Shown: piece by piece, positions 42,845 through 53,000 of the stretch
Position numbering within the stretch: the first letter of the stretch is position 1
Layout: every line of letters starts with the position of its first letter
DNA from: a virus
Taxonomy: Duplodnaviria > Caudoviricetes
Virus record (IMG/VR): IMGVR_UViG_3300035696_000034
Coordinates: 8,487 to 72,486 of that record
DNA length: 64,000 nucleotides
Direction: 5' to 3' (one strand)
Made by a program: the position numbers and the translations under genes
Notes under the pieces: generated by a model
What the model was told of the DNA's origin: nothing
Databases searched by the model: none
The model's input: the letters and a program-made list of their open reading frames with translations, nothing else

Positions 42845-43107
42845 TGAAACGAAAAGGTTATTTGATCTTCACCACACACGACGGGGACGAGCTCGATGCT
42901 AGATTCGTTACAGATGAGAAGCTCTTCAAAGCTTTCAACAACTGTAAAGATAATGACGAAGCCATCGACGTTTGGGACAAATGGATCGACAAAAACGAAG
43001 TTAATGAAAAAGATGAATGGTATGTCATGACTCTTGGCAGGACTATAACCGAATGGAATTTCAACGATATTGAGGTTCTTGGAACATACTATTTTGAGGT
43101 CTATTAA
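42844..43107 (+). CDS. hypothetical protein
   Basis: ATG 42844 in ORF 42790..43107. Confidence 0.65.
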   Translation: MKRKGYLIFTTHDGDELDARFVTDEKLFKAFNNCKDNDEAIDVWDKWIDKNEVNEKDEWYVMTLGRTITEWNFNDIEVLGTYYFEVY

Positions 43108-43119
43108 AAAGGAGTTTTT

Positions 43120-43722
43120 ATGCCCGAAGCAGTCTGTGCAGCAGCTGTTGCGACTCCAGTCTGTGACAAACCTATACATATACTGGCTAAGAAAAAGTTA
43201 TTATTTTTAGGACCTAAATTCAAGTGCGTTTATTTTGACGAACTGCCCACCGGTTGTCTTCCTATCTATGATTATAATAATGAAAAATATCATTTTTGCA
43301 ATAAATATCAAAGTGGAATAGACATTCCATACACACTCAAATATCTAAATAGCGAAAGCTTTGATTTTAATAAAAATGAAGAACTTTTATTACTTGTTGC
43401 AAAAAATGTTTTTGGATGCACCCCTCCAGAAGGTCAAAATAGAGTTTATTTACATTTAATGTACATTAACACTATTGAACAAGTACAAGAAATGTCTAAA
43501 GTAATTACAAATTTAGATAAAGATTTTTGTGCAGAAAGAGAGATGATTGTAGGTTATCGAGATGATGATTTTCCCCAGTTGGGTATTCTTATCAGGAAAC
43601 CTTTGGTAATCACCCATCCTAACATATATAAAGAATCTTTTGCACAAGCACCATGGAATAAACAGCCCTGGTACAAAAAACTTATAAATCGTAAAAATAA
43701 ACAAACAAAATCAGCCACATGA
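43120..43722 (+). CDS. hypothetical protein
   Basis: AAGGAG RBS, 200 aa. Confidence 0.6.
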   Translation: MPEAVCAAAVATPVCDKPIHILAKKKLLFLGPKFKCVYFDELPTGCLPIYDYNNEKYHFCNKYQSGIDIPYTLKYLNSESFDFNKNEELLLLVAKNVFGCTPPEGQNRVYLHLMYINTIEQVQEMSKVITNLDKDFCAEREMIVGYRDDDFPQLGILIRKPLVITHPNIYKESFAQAPWNKQPWYKKLINRKNKQTKSAT

Positions 43723-44060
43723 ACTTATCTTCTTTAGTTGGTGCAGCCCACAATCATTATGGAAAAGATTGTGATCGTGAGTTATATGGATCCGGAGGAG
43801 GAGAAATAGATGCTGGTGATATAGTTAAATTACCCAAAAATATTTACACCTATCCTTCTTCTATTCGAGGTAGGGTAGGTAGGATAACAAGTGTAAACAC
43901 CTATTTCTCACAATGTGGGGATTGTAGGATAAGACTGAATGATGGCCGCTTAATAAGGGCAGATACCGCAGATCTCGACCTTATAAAAAAAGCTAAAAAG
44001 ATTCCTAAAAGCAGACGGGTGTGGGATTATAAAAAGAAGAATCTCTCAAATCCTATATAA
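43719..44060 (+). CDS. hypothetical protein (SH3/KOW-like)
   Basis: GDIVKL..GRVGRI. Confidence 0.5.
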   Translation: MNLSSLVGAAHNHYGKDCDRELYGSGGGEIDAGDIVKLPKNIYTYPSSIRGRVGRITSVNTYFSQCGDCRIRLNDGRLIRADTADLDLIKKAKKIPKSRRVWDYKKKNLSNPI

Positions 44061-44681
44061 TTTTAGACCCCTCTTTGTCCTATCATATCTCAAGGTAATT
44101 ATACCTCTTTTTTTAAGCTCTCCAAGCACGAAATTCTGATAGTGGGAGCACATCGTTATCGGCTGTACCTCCTGGTAGTGCCCCAGATGCAGATTTAGCT
44201 TGAAAAATAGCTCATATTTCATGATTTGACCCAAAATATCATGCTTTCCTTCTCCTGTTTTGACCTCTAAAGGATACACAGTTATGTCATCCCTATAGAC
44301 TACGTCTATAACTCCGTAGGGAGGGCAAGGATGCTCGATGTTATAGAGGTATAGGGTACCAGTAGGGTGTAGGATACCCTCGATTTGACTGAGTCCTAGA
44401 TGGATCTCCTTAACGAGCTGTTTTTGGTCGTTTTTCTGCTTCAAATCTGGAGGGGTATTCGCCTCATTATTTAGGGGGTCTCCCCAGGCCATTTCGGGTA
44501 TTTTCCTGGTTTTTATGGCTTCCCTGACCATTTTGAGGGTTTTGAGCTGGATAGGGGTTAGGGCATGCCTGTCTTGGCGCTCTCTGAACTCCTCTTTAAG
44601 GAACTCATAATACATTTCGGAGTCTGGAAGGTTACCCTTGAGGAAGGCGTAATAGCAGTGGTAAAATAGGCTTGTAATCAA
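44046..44681 (-). CDS. PD-(D/E)XK nuclease-like protein
   Basis: GVIDVVY..PLEVK..LGQIMKY. Confidence 0.6.
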   Translation of the reverse strand: MITSLFYHCYYAFLKGNLPDSEMYYEFLKEEFRERQDRHALTPIQLKTLKMVREAIKTRKIPEMAWGDPLNNEANTPPDLKQKNDQKQLVKEIHLGLSQIEGILHPTGTLYLYNIEHPCPPYGVIDVVYRDDITVYPLEVKTGEGKHDILGQIMKYELFFKLNLHLGHYQEVQPITMCSHYQNFVLGELKKRGIITLRYDRTKRGLKLYRI

Positions 44682-44735
44682 AGAAATACCCCATATAGGA
44701 TGTTATCTGTATAGGGTAAAAATATGAGGAGATAA

Positions 44736-45440
44736 TTAATACGCTATTGGGGGTTGTCCTACCTTAACTTTTGTAGCTTGTCCCCCTAGCTCGATACTTA
44801 GCATTTTATTTACTTTCTTTTTTGCTTCTTCTTGGTTATCCGCATATATACCCATCTCACCAGTCTGTCCTGTTGCGGTTATATAGGATACATTAAAGTA
44901 ATCGTTTAGATTTTTGGTCATCGGGAACAACGAACCTTTTAGATCTGCTTCCAAAACTCTCTCCTTTGATAGTTCGGCCACTTCTCTTTGTGAACCTATG
45001 GCTATTTTCTGCAAAAACGGTATTAACTCTTCCCTACTTTTACTGACGCCACTAGGTATCAACTTCTCTTGGCCTGTTGTTTCGTCTTGTCTTACAAGAT
45101 AGATCCCGAAAGGTCTTTTCAGTGTTTCCTTTGATATACTTCTGACAGGTCCACCAAGAGTCTGACTCACATGAACTTTTGCACCGGTTCTAAACTCGAT
45201 CTCGTAGTATGTGGCGTCGTGTGCTATGTTTACTTGTCCTTTGATTTTAGTCCCAGGGATCTTGCTTTGTATTTCTGCGATCAGTCTTTCCTTCTCGCTC
45301 TCCTCCGTCTGATAGAGAGGCATGAATTTACCTATATCAGCACAGAGGGATCTTATTTTTGAAGCTTTGATAAAATAAGATTTATCCTCTAGGACTTGAG
45401 CCACTTTCATAAGTCTCTTGGTAATACTTTGAAAATCCAT
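44736..45440 (-). CDS. hypothetical, probably virion-associated protein
   Basis: N-terminal RLMKVAQVLEDKS motif shared with neighbours. Confidence 0.6.
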   Translation of the reverse strand: MDFQSITKRLMKVAQVLEDKSYFIKASKIRSLCADIGKFMPLYQTEESEKERLIAEIQSKIPGTKIKGQVNIAHDATYYEIEFRTGAKVHVSQTLGGPVRSISKETLKRPFGIYLVRQDETTGQEKLIPSGVSKSREELIPFLQKIAIGSQREVAELSKERVLEADLKGSLFPMTKNLNDYFNVSYITATGQTGEMGIYADNQEEAKKKVNKMLSIELGGQATKVKVGQPPIAY

Positions 45441-45509
45441 GCTATGCCTCCAAATTATTGAAACCTTTTAACTTGCAAACTGTAATAGTAGCTTATTAGA
45501 AAATCTTTT

Positions 45510-47276
45510 TTACCCAAAATAGGAAGACAAAACATTCCTGACAGAGGAATTTCTTATCTTAAAAAAATCTCCGCTTTTTCGGTCTTCTGCACTGGACTTT
45601 ATCAAAGCCTCAAAAGCATTTTTATCTTTTAAGATAGACTCTATTAATTTTTTGGCTTCTTCTTTTCTTTTGCTTATATCCGGATCCCCCATACGGCCTT
45701 CCATCATCAGCTTTTTCAATCTGGCTATAACCGCTCCCAAAGCTTCTTTATCTATGCCGTACTGGTCCCTTATCTCGTCTCCAGACAGCGGAGGGACATA
45801 TTCATATTTATCTCTTTTGATTAAAAGTCCGTTCTTCTTGTCTTCTTCCACTAGCTTCTTTATTTTAGCTTCCAGATTTTCTACTTTTTTTATTCCTGCT
45901 TGATCTTTAGCGTCGGCTTTCAAAATAGCTATCGCATCATCCAAGTCATCGTGGAGTTTCTCTATGTATATCCTCATCGTCCTTTGTTGAGTGCTGGGTT
46001 TTTGACCCTCGAAATCCTTAAATCCCATATGGGAATGTACGATATTTTTTACGGAGTTGATAGTCTTGCTGTCAAAAGTAAGCTCTCTCATTATTTTTTC
46101 CGTTAATGCGGCACTAGCTTTTTCATGACCTATAAATTGTACACGCTGTCTACCCTCTTTGTCCACCTTTTCCGTCTTGGTAGCGATTTTACCTACATCA
46201 TGGAATAAAGCCGCAAGACGAGCCTTAAGCGTTGGCGGAGTCTTACTCATGACTTCCATGGTATGATCCCAGACAGATTCGCCTTTATGGAAGACTTTGT
46301 CGTGGTAGACGGTAAGAAGCTTATCAAACTCAGGCGAAAGGTATTTCAGGAACCCAAGCTCCTTCATAAGATTGAGGCCTTGAATAACCTTATTAGAATC
46401 GGGGAAGACCAGTATCTGCTCGAGCTCATCTCTGATACGCTCTTTAGAGAGCCTGCTGGAGATGTTCTTGTGACCCTCAGGGCTGTTTACGAACTGTTTA
46501 ATAGTTTCTTTGGTCTGAGGATCTATCTTGAAATCTGGTAGCTTCCCCTCGAACCGAATTAATCGCATTATTCTTAATGGATCTTCCTCATATATCTTCT
46601 GGATGCCTTCAGGATGCTCGGGTGGCTTGAGCTTTTTATTTTGAATATCCTGTATGCCTCCAACAAAATCTTTGACCTCACCAGTAACGATATTCTGATA
46701 GAGTGCGTTTATCGTAAGATCTCTTCTCCTACTATCGTCCTCCAGAGAAGTATAATCGACACGAGAAGGGGCTCGTTTCATTTCATCATAAGGTCCTTCT
46801 TTTCGTGGAGGAGTGATCTCTATGACATAGCCAGTCACATCGACTCCGTCTGTTATATAAGCTTGTCTGTTGCTCTCGGCATGATCTTGATGGGGATTAA
46901 GAAGAACAACTCCCCATATACCAAAAGCTTCTTTAAGAGGATGAGGATTATTTGGGGTAGTAATACCTAGAGCTTGTGTGAGTTTTTTGGCGAAGACTTC
47001 TGCAGCTTTCATCCCTTGCTCGGGATCATCGATAACCAGATCGAGATCTTTCGGGTTTCTTCCCAAAAGACGGTCCCTAACAAACCCACCCGTACTATAT
47101 ACTTTGTCTTTGTAGCTTGGAAATTCGGAGACTATGGTATCCTTAACGAGCTTTTCAACGGCATTGGTTTGTCTGGTTAATTCCTCTTTGGACTTTATTT
47201 CGTCCGGGACTTTAAACGCAGCTCCAGCTTCTCTCTCGTTCAGGAATGAGGAGACTACTCTTAGTTTTGAAACCAT
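45510..47276 (-). CDS. cca: CCA tRNA nucleotidyltransferase (class II) with HD domain
   Basis: GGFVRD.LLG..PKDLDL, DDSRRRDLTINAL, EDPLRIMRL.RF, SKERIRDEL, HT..V..LAALFHDVGK. Confidence 0.9.
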   Translation of the reverse strand: MVSKLRVVSSFLNEREAGAAFKVPDEIKSKEELTRQTNAVEKLVKDTIVSEFPSYKDKVYSTGGFVRDRLLGRNPKDLDLVIDDPEQGMKAAEVFAKKLTQALGITTPNNPHPLKEAFGIWGVVLLNPHQDHAESNRQAYITDGVDVTGYVIEITPPRKEGPYDEMKRAPSRVDYTSLEDDSRRRDLTINALYQNIVTGEVKDFVGGIQDIQNKKLKPPEHPEGIQKIYEEDPLRIMRLIRFEGKLPDFKIDPQTKETIKQFVNSPEGHKNISSRLSKERIRDELEQILVFPDSNKVIQGLNLMKELGFLKYLSPEFDKLLTVYHDKVFHKGESVWDHTMEVMSKTPPTLKARLAALFHDVGKIATKTEKVDKEGRQRVQFIGHEKASAALTEKIMRELTFDSKTINSVKNIVHSHMGFKDFEGQKPSTQQRTMRIYIEKLHDDLDDAIAILKADAKDQAGIKKVENLEAKIKKLVEEDKKNGLLIKRDKYEYVPPLSGDEIRDQYGIDKEALGAVIARLKKLMMEGRMGDPDISKRKEEAKKLIESILKDKNAFEALIKSSAEDRKSGDFFKIRNSSVRNVLSSYFG

Positions 47277-47300
47277 AGCTATAATATACTTTTTGAATAA

Positions 47301-47603
47301 TTAAGATCCCCAAACTTTCTTTGGAGCAAGAGGTCCCAGACTTCTTTGTGTTATCGTATTTCTCATGAATTCTTCAAGCTTACCTGGTTCTGTTACACTT
47401 ATGCCTCTTCTTCTTGCATCATCAACAAGAGCCGTCAAATAAGCTTTCGTATCTGGGTCAGGGGTCTTTTTCATGAGTTCCAGAAGAGACCCCTGTTCAA
47501 GAGTATTACTTATTATATCTATGACATAAGCGTATTTCATAAGTCCTTTTTGCTCCAAAGCAGAAGCTAGTTTGTCCAAAATAAATACACATTCTTTAAT
47601 CAC
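47301..47603 (-). CDS. hypothetical, probably virion-associated protein
   Basis: LDKLASALEQKGL motif. Confidence 0.6.
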   Translation of the reverse strand: MIKECVFILDKLASALEQKGLMKYAYVIDIISNTLEQGSLLELMKKTPDPDTKAYLTALVDDARRRGISVTEPGKLEEFMRNTITQRSLGPLAPKKVWGS

Positions 47604-47608
47604 TGATA

Positions 47609-48376
47609 TTATTCCTCTGGTTCGAACTTTTCTTTTTCTACTTCCATCTTAGGAAACTTTGATTCCACTGCCTTTACCACAGCAGATTTAAGCTCTTCCA
47701 AAGACCCATCATACCAGGAAGGGACAGAGGAGTACTGATTTACTCTTGCTAGCGCATTTTGACCATGCCCCGAATCCGGTATAGGAAAATGATCTTTTTT
47801 GTCAAGTACTTTTGGGCTCTCTTTTGGAAATACAGGAGCCGGGCGATCTTTTGTGTGTGGGAGCTCAGCAGACTCCACCGGTCTGCCATATCTGTCACAA
47901 GCTTGAGCCTGAGCAGCTGCTTCCATCTCTTTTTTCTTCCCATGTAGGGCAAAAAACATTGACCCCATCCCTCTGACGCTCGGATCTTCCGACCTCAAAG
48001 CCCTACGCGCAGCTTGGGACATAGATTCGCCTTCATGTCTGTACTTACCAAGTCTTCCTTTTTGAAGCTTAATTCCTTTAATCCATTTTTTCTTTTTTTG
48101 TTTAGCAGCTTCCAATTCCATTTCTGCAGCTTCCAATTCTTGCATAGCTTCATCGACATAATACCGAGAAGCGGCTATCATCTCTTCTGCTCCATTGACC
48201 TCCGTAAAATCCTCAGTCCCCTCAACAGTAACATCTGACATAACCGCGTCTACGGTCTCTGATGCCTCTACATCTAAAGCGTTGGACACTTCATCAATTT
48301 CAGCAGCCTCTTTTACAAGTCCTTTACCTTCGAGGCTATTTGAGACTTTGTCTAATTTCTGTGCCAAGGGATGCAT
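47609..48376 (-). CDS. hypothetical, probably virion-associated protein
   Basis: LDKVSNSLEGKGL motif; AAGGAG RBS. Confidence 0.7.
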   Translation of the reverse strand: MHPLAQKLDKVSNSLEGKGLVKEAAEIDEVSNALDVEASETVDAVMSDVTVEGTEDFTEVNGAEEMIAASRYYVDEAMQELEAAEMELEAAKQKKKKWIKGIKLQKGRLGKYRHEGESMSQAARRALRSEDPSVRGMGSMFFALHGKKKEMEAAAQAQACDRYGRPVESAELPHTKDRPAPVFPKESPKVLDKKDHFPIPDSGHGQNALARVNQYSSVPSWYDGSLEELKSAVVKAVESKFPKMEVEKEKFEPEE

Positions 48377-48378
48377 AG

Positions 48379-49044
48379 TTACTCCTTTTTTGAAATTATT
48401 GTATTAGCTATTTTTCTTAGTTTATCTGAAACCATGAATGAAGCCTGTATCTCTTTCTGCCAATCCTTGTCCCTTTTATAAGGTCCGCCTTTTTTGAGCG
48501 GTATCGCTTTCTGAGGCCTTCCACCTCTTACGCCTTTAGCTATCCATGGTTTAATCTGTCTTGGTTGCTGAGGAGCCATAGCCGCGTCCTTGTCTCTTTC
48601 CATTATCTTTTTAACTTTATCTAAAGTAGTCTCTGCGTCTTTATGCAGGATGCCTATACCACCGGCATCTTCCCATTTCTTTATGTTCTTCTCACGATCA
48701 TCTATTAATATGCTATCCTTATCCGCATATTTTTGTTTCTTATGTTCGATTATATAGGGGACATCAGGAAGATTCTCCTTGAGCCATTCCTTTTTGCCTT
48801 CAATCGAACTCGGATGATTGGTGGGAGAAGAAAGTATGGTAGGTTCGTATTTCTTTAAACCTTCCCACAGCTCTTTTCCATCAGGCATCCATTCCATAGA
48901 ATTCCAAAAACTCTTACCTCTTCTGTTTATGATAGCCCATATCTTAGGATCTTTAAACTCTTTTTCAACAGGTCTTCCCAAGACCTCAGAAAGCTTTTTA
49001 GTAAAATCGGTAAGAGTATTGTCAAGATCTACATATAATGTCAC
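48379..49044 (-). CDS. 5'(3')-deoxyribonucleotidase-like HAD hydrolase with C-terminal extension
   Basis: YVDLDNTL.DF, ILSSP, ILIDDREKNI..W..AGG.GILH. Confidence 0.8.
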   Translation of the reverse strand: MTLYVDLDNTLTDFTKKLSEVLGRPVEKEFKDPKIWAIINRRGKSFWNSMEWMPDGKELWEGLKKYEPTILSSPTNHPSSIEGKKEWLKENLPDVPYIIEHKKQKYADKDSILIDDREKNIKKWEDAGGIGILHKDAETTLDKVKKIMERDKDAAMAPQQPRQIKPWIAKGVRGGRPQKAIPLKKGGPYKRDKDWQKEIQASFMVSDKLRKIANTIISKKE

Positions 49045-50008
49045 TTGTCAATCTCCATATAAAATTATTTAAAATGTTTGTTTTACTTTTACCGTTTATA
49101 ATATCATATATAAATCTTCTTTTAATATCAAAGTTTCTTTCTATTTCTAGTGCAGAATTCCATTTTTTTATAAAGTTACCAGACAAATCAAACTGATAAA
49201 TTTCTTTTGCGTGGTGTGGTTTGAGTCTCTGATAGTTTAGCTGTTCTATGTCTTTTAATTTGTTGTTTTCTATTATAGTCGTTTCAACACGCCTCCAATA
49301 ACAATTACCAACAAGATGTGGTTTTTTAAGAGAAGCCCATATATTATATTTTGAAAGTTTTAACTCTCTGGCCGCTGCTGTCATAGAAGACCATTTTCTA
49401 ACTATATTTCCTTCTGTACTAATTTGATATACAGGTTTAGATCTAGCAATATTATATTTTTTAAGGTAGCTATCTTCACTACTAAGATATTTCTTCCATT
49501 TTTTAGTGTGATAATATGGAGGGCGCTTTTTACGAGCATCTGATATTAGCTTTATAGATTTTTTTGAATGCTTTCTTCCGAACATATAATTACCAGTACC
49601 CCTTACTCTCATGCTAATGGCTTCTCTTTGTTTTTTAGTAAATATTCTTCCTGATACTCCTTCTCCTCCCTCGGTAAGATTAGTTAAACTCCCTGTTTTT
49701 AAATCTCTCCTGCCATATAGTTTTATCAACTCTTTTTCTTTATTTAACGCTTCAACTTCATTTAATGTTTTAAATACAATTTTTATAATAGGCGTGCTAC
49801 CTTGAGATATTATCTTAACTATTCTATTAAGTTTATGTCTATTGTTATCCTTTGTGTTTTTTGTCCCTATGGCTTTCTTTATATGATCAAATGGTCTGTT
49901 ATTTTCTTTGCACTTATTTGGATAGTTTTTACCTTTACCAACATAAAAAGGTTCTTTTTTAGTAGGATCCCACAACTCATAAACGTAAAATTTGAAACTC
50001 ATATACAC
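49022..50008 (-). CDS. GIY-YIG-type homing endonuclease with NUMOD repeats
   Basis: FYVYEL.DP..EPFYVGKG, LTNLTEGGEG, NYMFGRKHS, KPVYQ..G..V..W.S. Confidence 0.85.
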   Translation of the reverse strand: MYMSFKFYVYELWDPTKKEPFYVGKGKNYPNKCKENNRPFDHIKKAIGTKNTKDNNRHKLNRIVKIISQGSTPIIKIVFKTLNEVEALNKEKELIKLYGRRDLKTGSLTNLTEGGEGVSGRIFTKKQREAISMRVRGTGNYMFGRKHSKKSIKLISDARKKRPPYYHTKKWKKYLSSEDSYLKKYNIARSKPVYQISTEGNIVRKWSSMTAAARELKLSKYNIWASLKKPHLVGNCYWRRVETTIIENNKLKDIEQLNYQRLKPHHAKEIYQFDLSGNFIKKWNSALEIERNFDIKRRFIYDIINGKSKTNILNNFIWRLTSDIICRS

Positions 50009-50093
50009 AGCCTCACGACCAAGGCCCTATCAATGAAACTATCTCATTAAATAAATCTAATATACTTTAGAGTTACATATAATACTATAGTAC

Positions 50094-53000
50094 TTATATC
50101 TGCAGCTCCCATTTAAGTAAATCTTTTATAGTAGCCTGCATTGTTGATCCATAAAGTATTCTAGGGTTAAAAAGTTTATGATTCCTGTAAGAAGAACTTT
50201 CTATTGACCACTCCCCTTTACTGAGCTCTTTTTCTAGAGACGCAATAAGACTTTCAGCTCTTGCCACGGTTTTATCAACGTCCTCCTTAAAAGACGGAGT
50301 AAACTTGGATTTTTCTACCGTGGTCAGCATATTATCGACTTCAGACGATACTGCCTTTGCAGCTTTCTCTTCTTTCGTCTTCGTCGGCAGTTCTTCTATC
50401 AATTCCTGGTCTTCTTTGTCCTTTGCATATGCTTTCATTTTATCTCTAAGGCTTGCACGTATCTTAGAGATATAGCTCAGTTCAGCCCCTTCAAGCATTT
50501 TATCAAAAACTTTATCTACGACTCTCTCTTTTTTCTTCATGGACGCTATAAGCCCGTTAAGTTCCTGGATATCTTTATTCTTCTCAGGATCCAATCCCAA
50601 CTCTCTAACACCTCTCTCAAGTTCTTCTTTTCGCTTTTCTAGCTGTTGAGATTTAAGGAACATACCTTTTATCTCAAACTCTCCGCCAGGTGTATCTTTT
50701 GCTCTAATATCGGCTTTTACAAGATTCATAAAATTCATGAGTCTTCTGTTGCTTTTCACACCACTAAAATCTTTATAGGCTCTCCACACATTGTTGTAAT
50801 ACTCGCTGTCTCTTGGTCCCATGGAAGGCATTATCTGGGCAGGTATTTGAGCCCAGAGGTCATCCAGAGATCTATACAGTTGCCTTAAGAATAGTCTCTT
50901 GAGCATGTCCTTTTCTTGGTCTGTAAAGTCTATGAATTCCCCGGTTTTTGGATTAATGAACTCTTCTAGTCCCCTAATCTTATTCAAAGTTCCTTCGTAT
51001 TTTTTTGCCTCATCTTCCAGGCGGTTTTTGATCTTTACGTTTTCAGAAGAATACTCCTGCATCAAATTTTCCAGAGTAGGGACAGCGTCTTCAAGGGTTG
51101 TTATTATATTTCCTGTGCCTCCTGGTATCTCAACTTGTTGCTTGAGTAGAGCTTTGAGTCCAGGAATAATTTCTTCTCTGAGAGCCTTAATATAAGAAGG
51201 GACATCTTTAGATATCTCATCAAAATATTTAAATGAATCAGAAGGCCCTTCTTTCAAGACCTTCTTGAAATAGCTTATTGTTTTTTCTATCTTCTTATAC
51301 AGCTCAGGCTTGTCTTTTACTATAAGGTCTTCTTTTCCTGGGCGTTCCTCTAAAGCTCTTTCATAAGGACTCATTTGAGCATATTCACCATAGGGATCCG
51401 TTACTGGGGCTGCTTTCTTTTCGATATCCCTTTTCTTAGTGGGGATAGTCTGCTCCTGAACAGTAAGCATGACTTCTTTGTCATGTTCTATTACTTTCTT
51501 ATAATCTTCCTGGAACTTTTTCACCTCTTCTATAATCGATCTTAAATCTGTAAATTTAGGATCTAAAACCTTAGCAAGTTCCTTGGATTCCTGATAGGTT
51601 CTGCCACGTTTAATAAGATCCGATATGCTCTTCAAAAAATCTGCAGAGTTTTCATAAGCCCTAGCAGCCATGTCATCTACAACTTTTTTGGATTTTTCAA
51701 TTTCCGAATAATAGTAGGATATATTGGCATTTATTTTGTTGAGAACATTTTCCTGTTCTTTCTCCATTTTGAATTTTTCAGATATGTCTCCTCCTGCAGG
51801 AGTAGCCCTAGCCCTCTCCTCATAGAAATTTTTCAAGTTGTTATACTGAGTAATGAGTCCTTCTTTTGCTTCTTGCATTATTCCAATAGAATCTTTTGCA
51901 GCTAAAATAGCATTTAACGGTTGTATTACTGAAACTTTAAAATTCCTAATATTCAAAGCTTCTGGTTTTGGAACATTGATTTTTTTTTCTGCTGGGCTTC
52001 TGTAGTCGATAACAGGACCGGCTTTGGGTACATTTTCTAACATAGCTTTTGTAGCTGCCAGCTGCTCATCAAACTGTGCCTTTATACGAGAAACAGGTAC
52101 TTTTTTGACCCTGTTTATATGCTCATTTTTTTCATTCAAGATGGAAACGATATTAGATTTTAGGCTATCTACTCCAGTTTTGTATTTCTCATCATCATCG
52201 ATTGGTTCCGTTACTCCTTTAAGGAGGTTCTCAATCCATCTCGTCTTATGACGACTTCTGTCTTTTTGTAGTTCTTTGTACCAACGGCTACTGGTAACAT
52301 CAGAGGGCATCTTTCTAACTTCTTTTTCTACTTCCTTCGGCATCTCTTTAAGAGATTTCAAAGCCTGTTCTTTGGATTTTATGAACTTTGAAAGATCCAA
52401 AGGAGTTCCCTCTATAACCTTCCAATGGTCTTCGATATCTTTTTTGGAAGGTAATTCTTTAAAACTTGTCCCAGCTATCTCATTAAACTTATCTATGAAT
52501 GTTTTGTCATCTTCTTTATCTTTTGCTACAGATCCTTTTAGCTCATTGTTAACAAAACGATTCAGATCTTTCCTCATCTCAGCCCAAGGAGGAAGATCGG
52601 TATACTTTGTCCCGAATTTGTCATTGTAGGATTTTAAGAAAGCAGATATGTCACCCTGGCGCTTTCCCTCTTTTAGACCAACAATAACCTCATTGTTATT
52701 TGGTTCTTTTGCCCAAGCTGCCACTTCTTCTTGAATTGATTCTTTTGTTCTCTTAAGATCAGGATTAACAATCCTCTCCATTACACTTATGCCTTTGGAG
52801 TTTTTCTTATTCTCTGACCATGTAATTAGATCTTTCAGTGTAGAAATTTTGGCTTCTTCCGCTTTTTGAGCTCCTGGTAACTTTGCTTTTTCCCCAGCTA
52901 CCGATTTTTCAAGTTTTTCCAGAGGATCCAAAACAAATTCCAAAGCACCTTCGATCTGTTTGATATGCTTATCTCTTAAAGTTTGCAGTTTGTCACGCAA

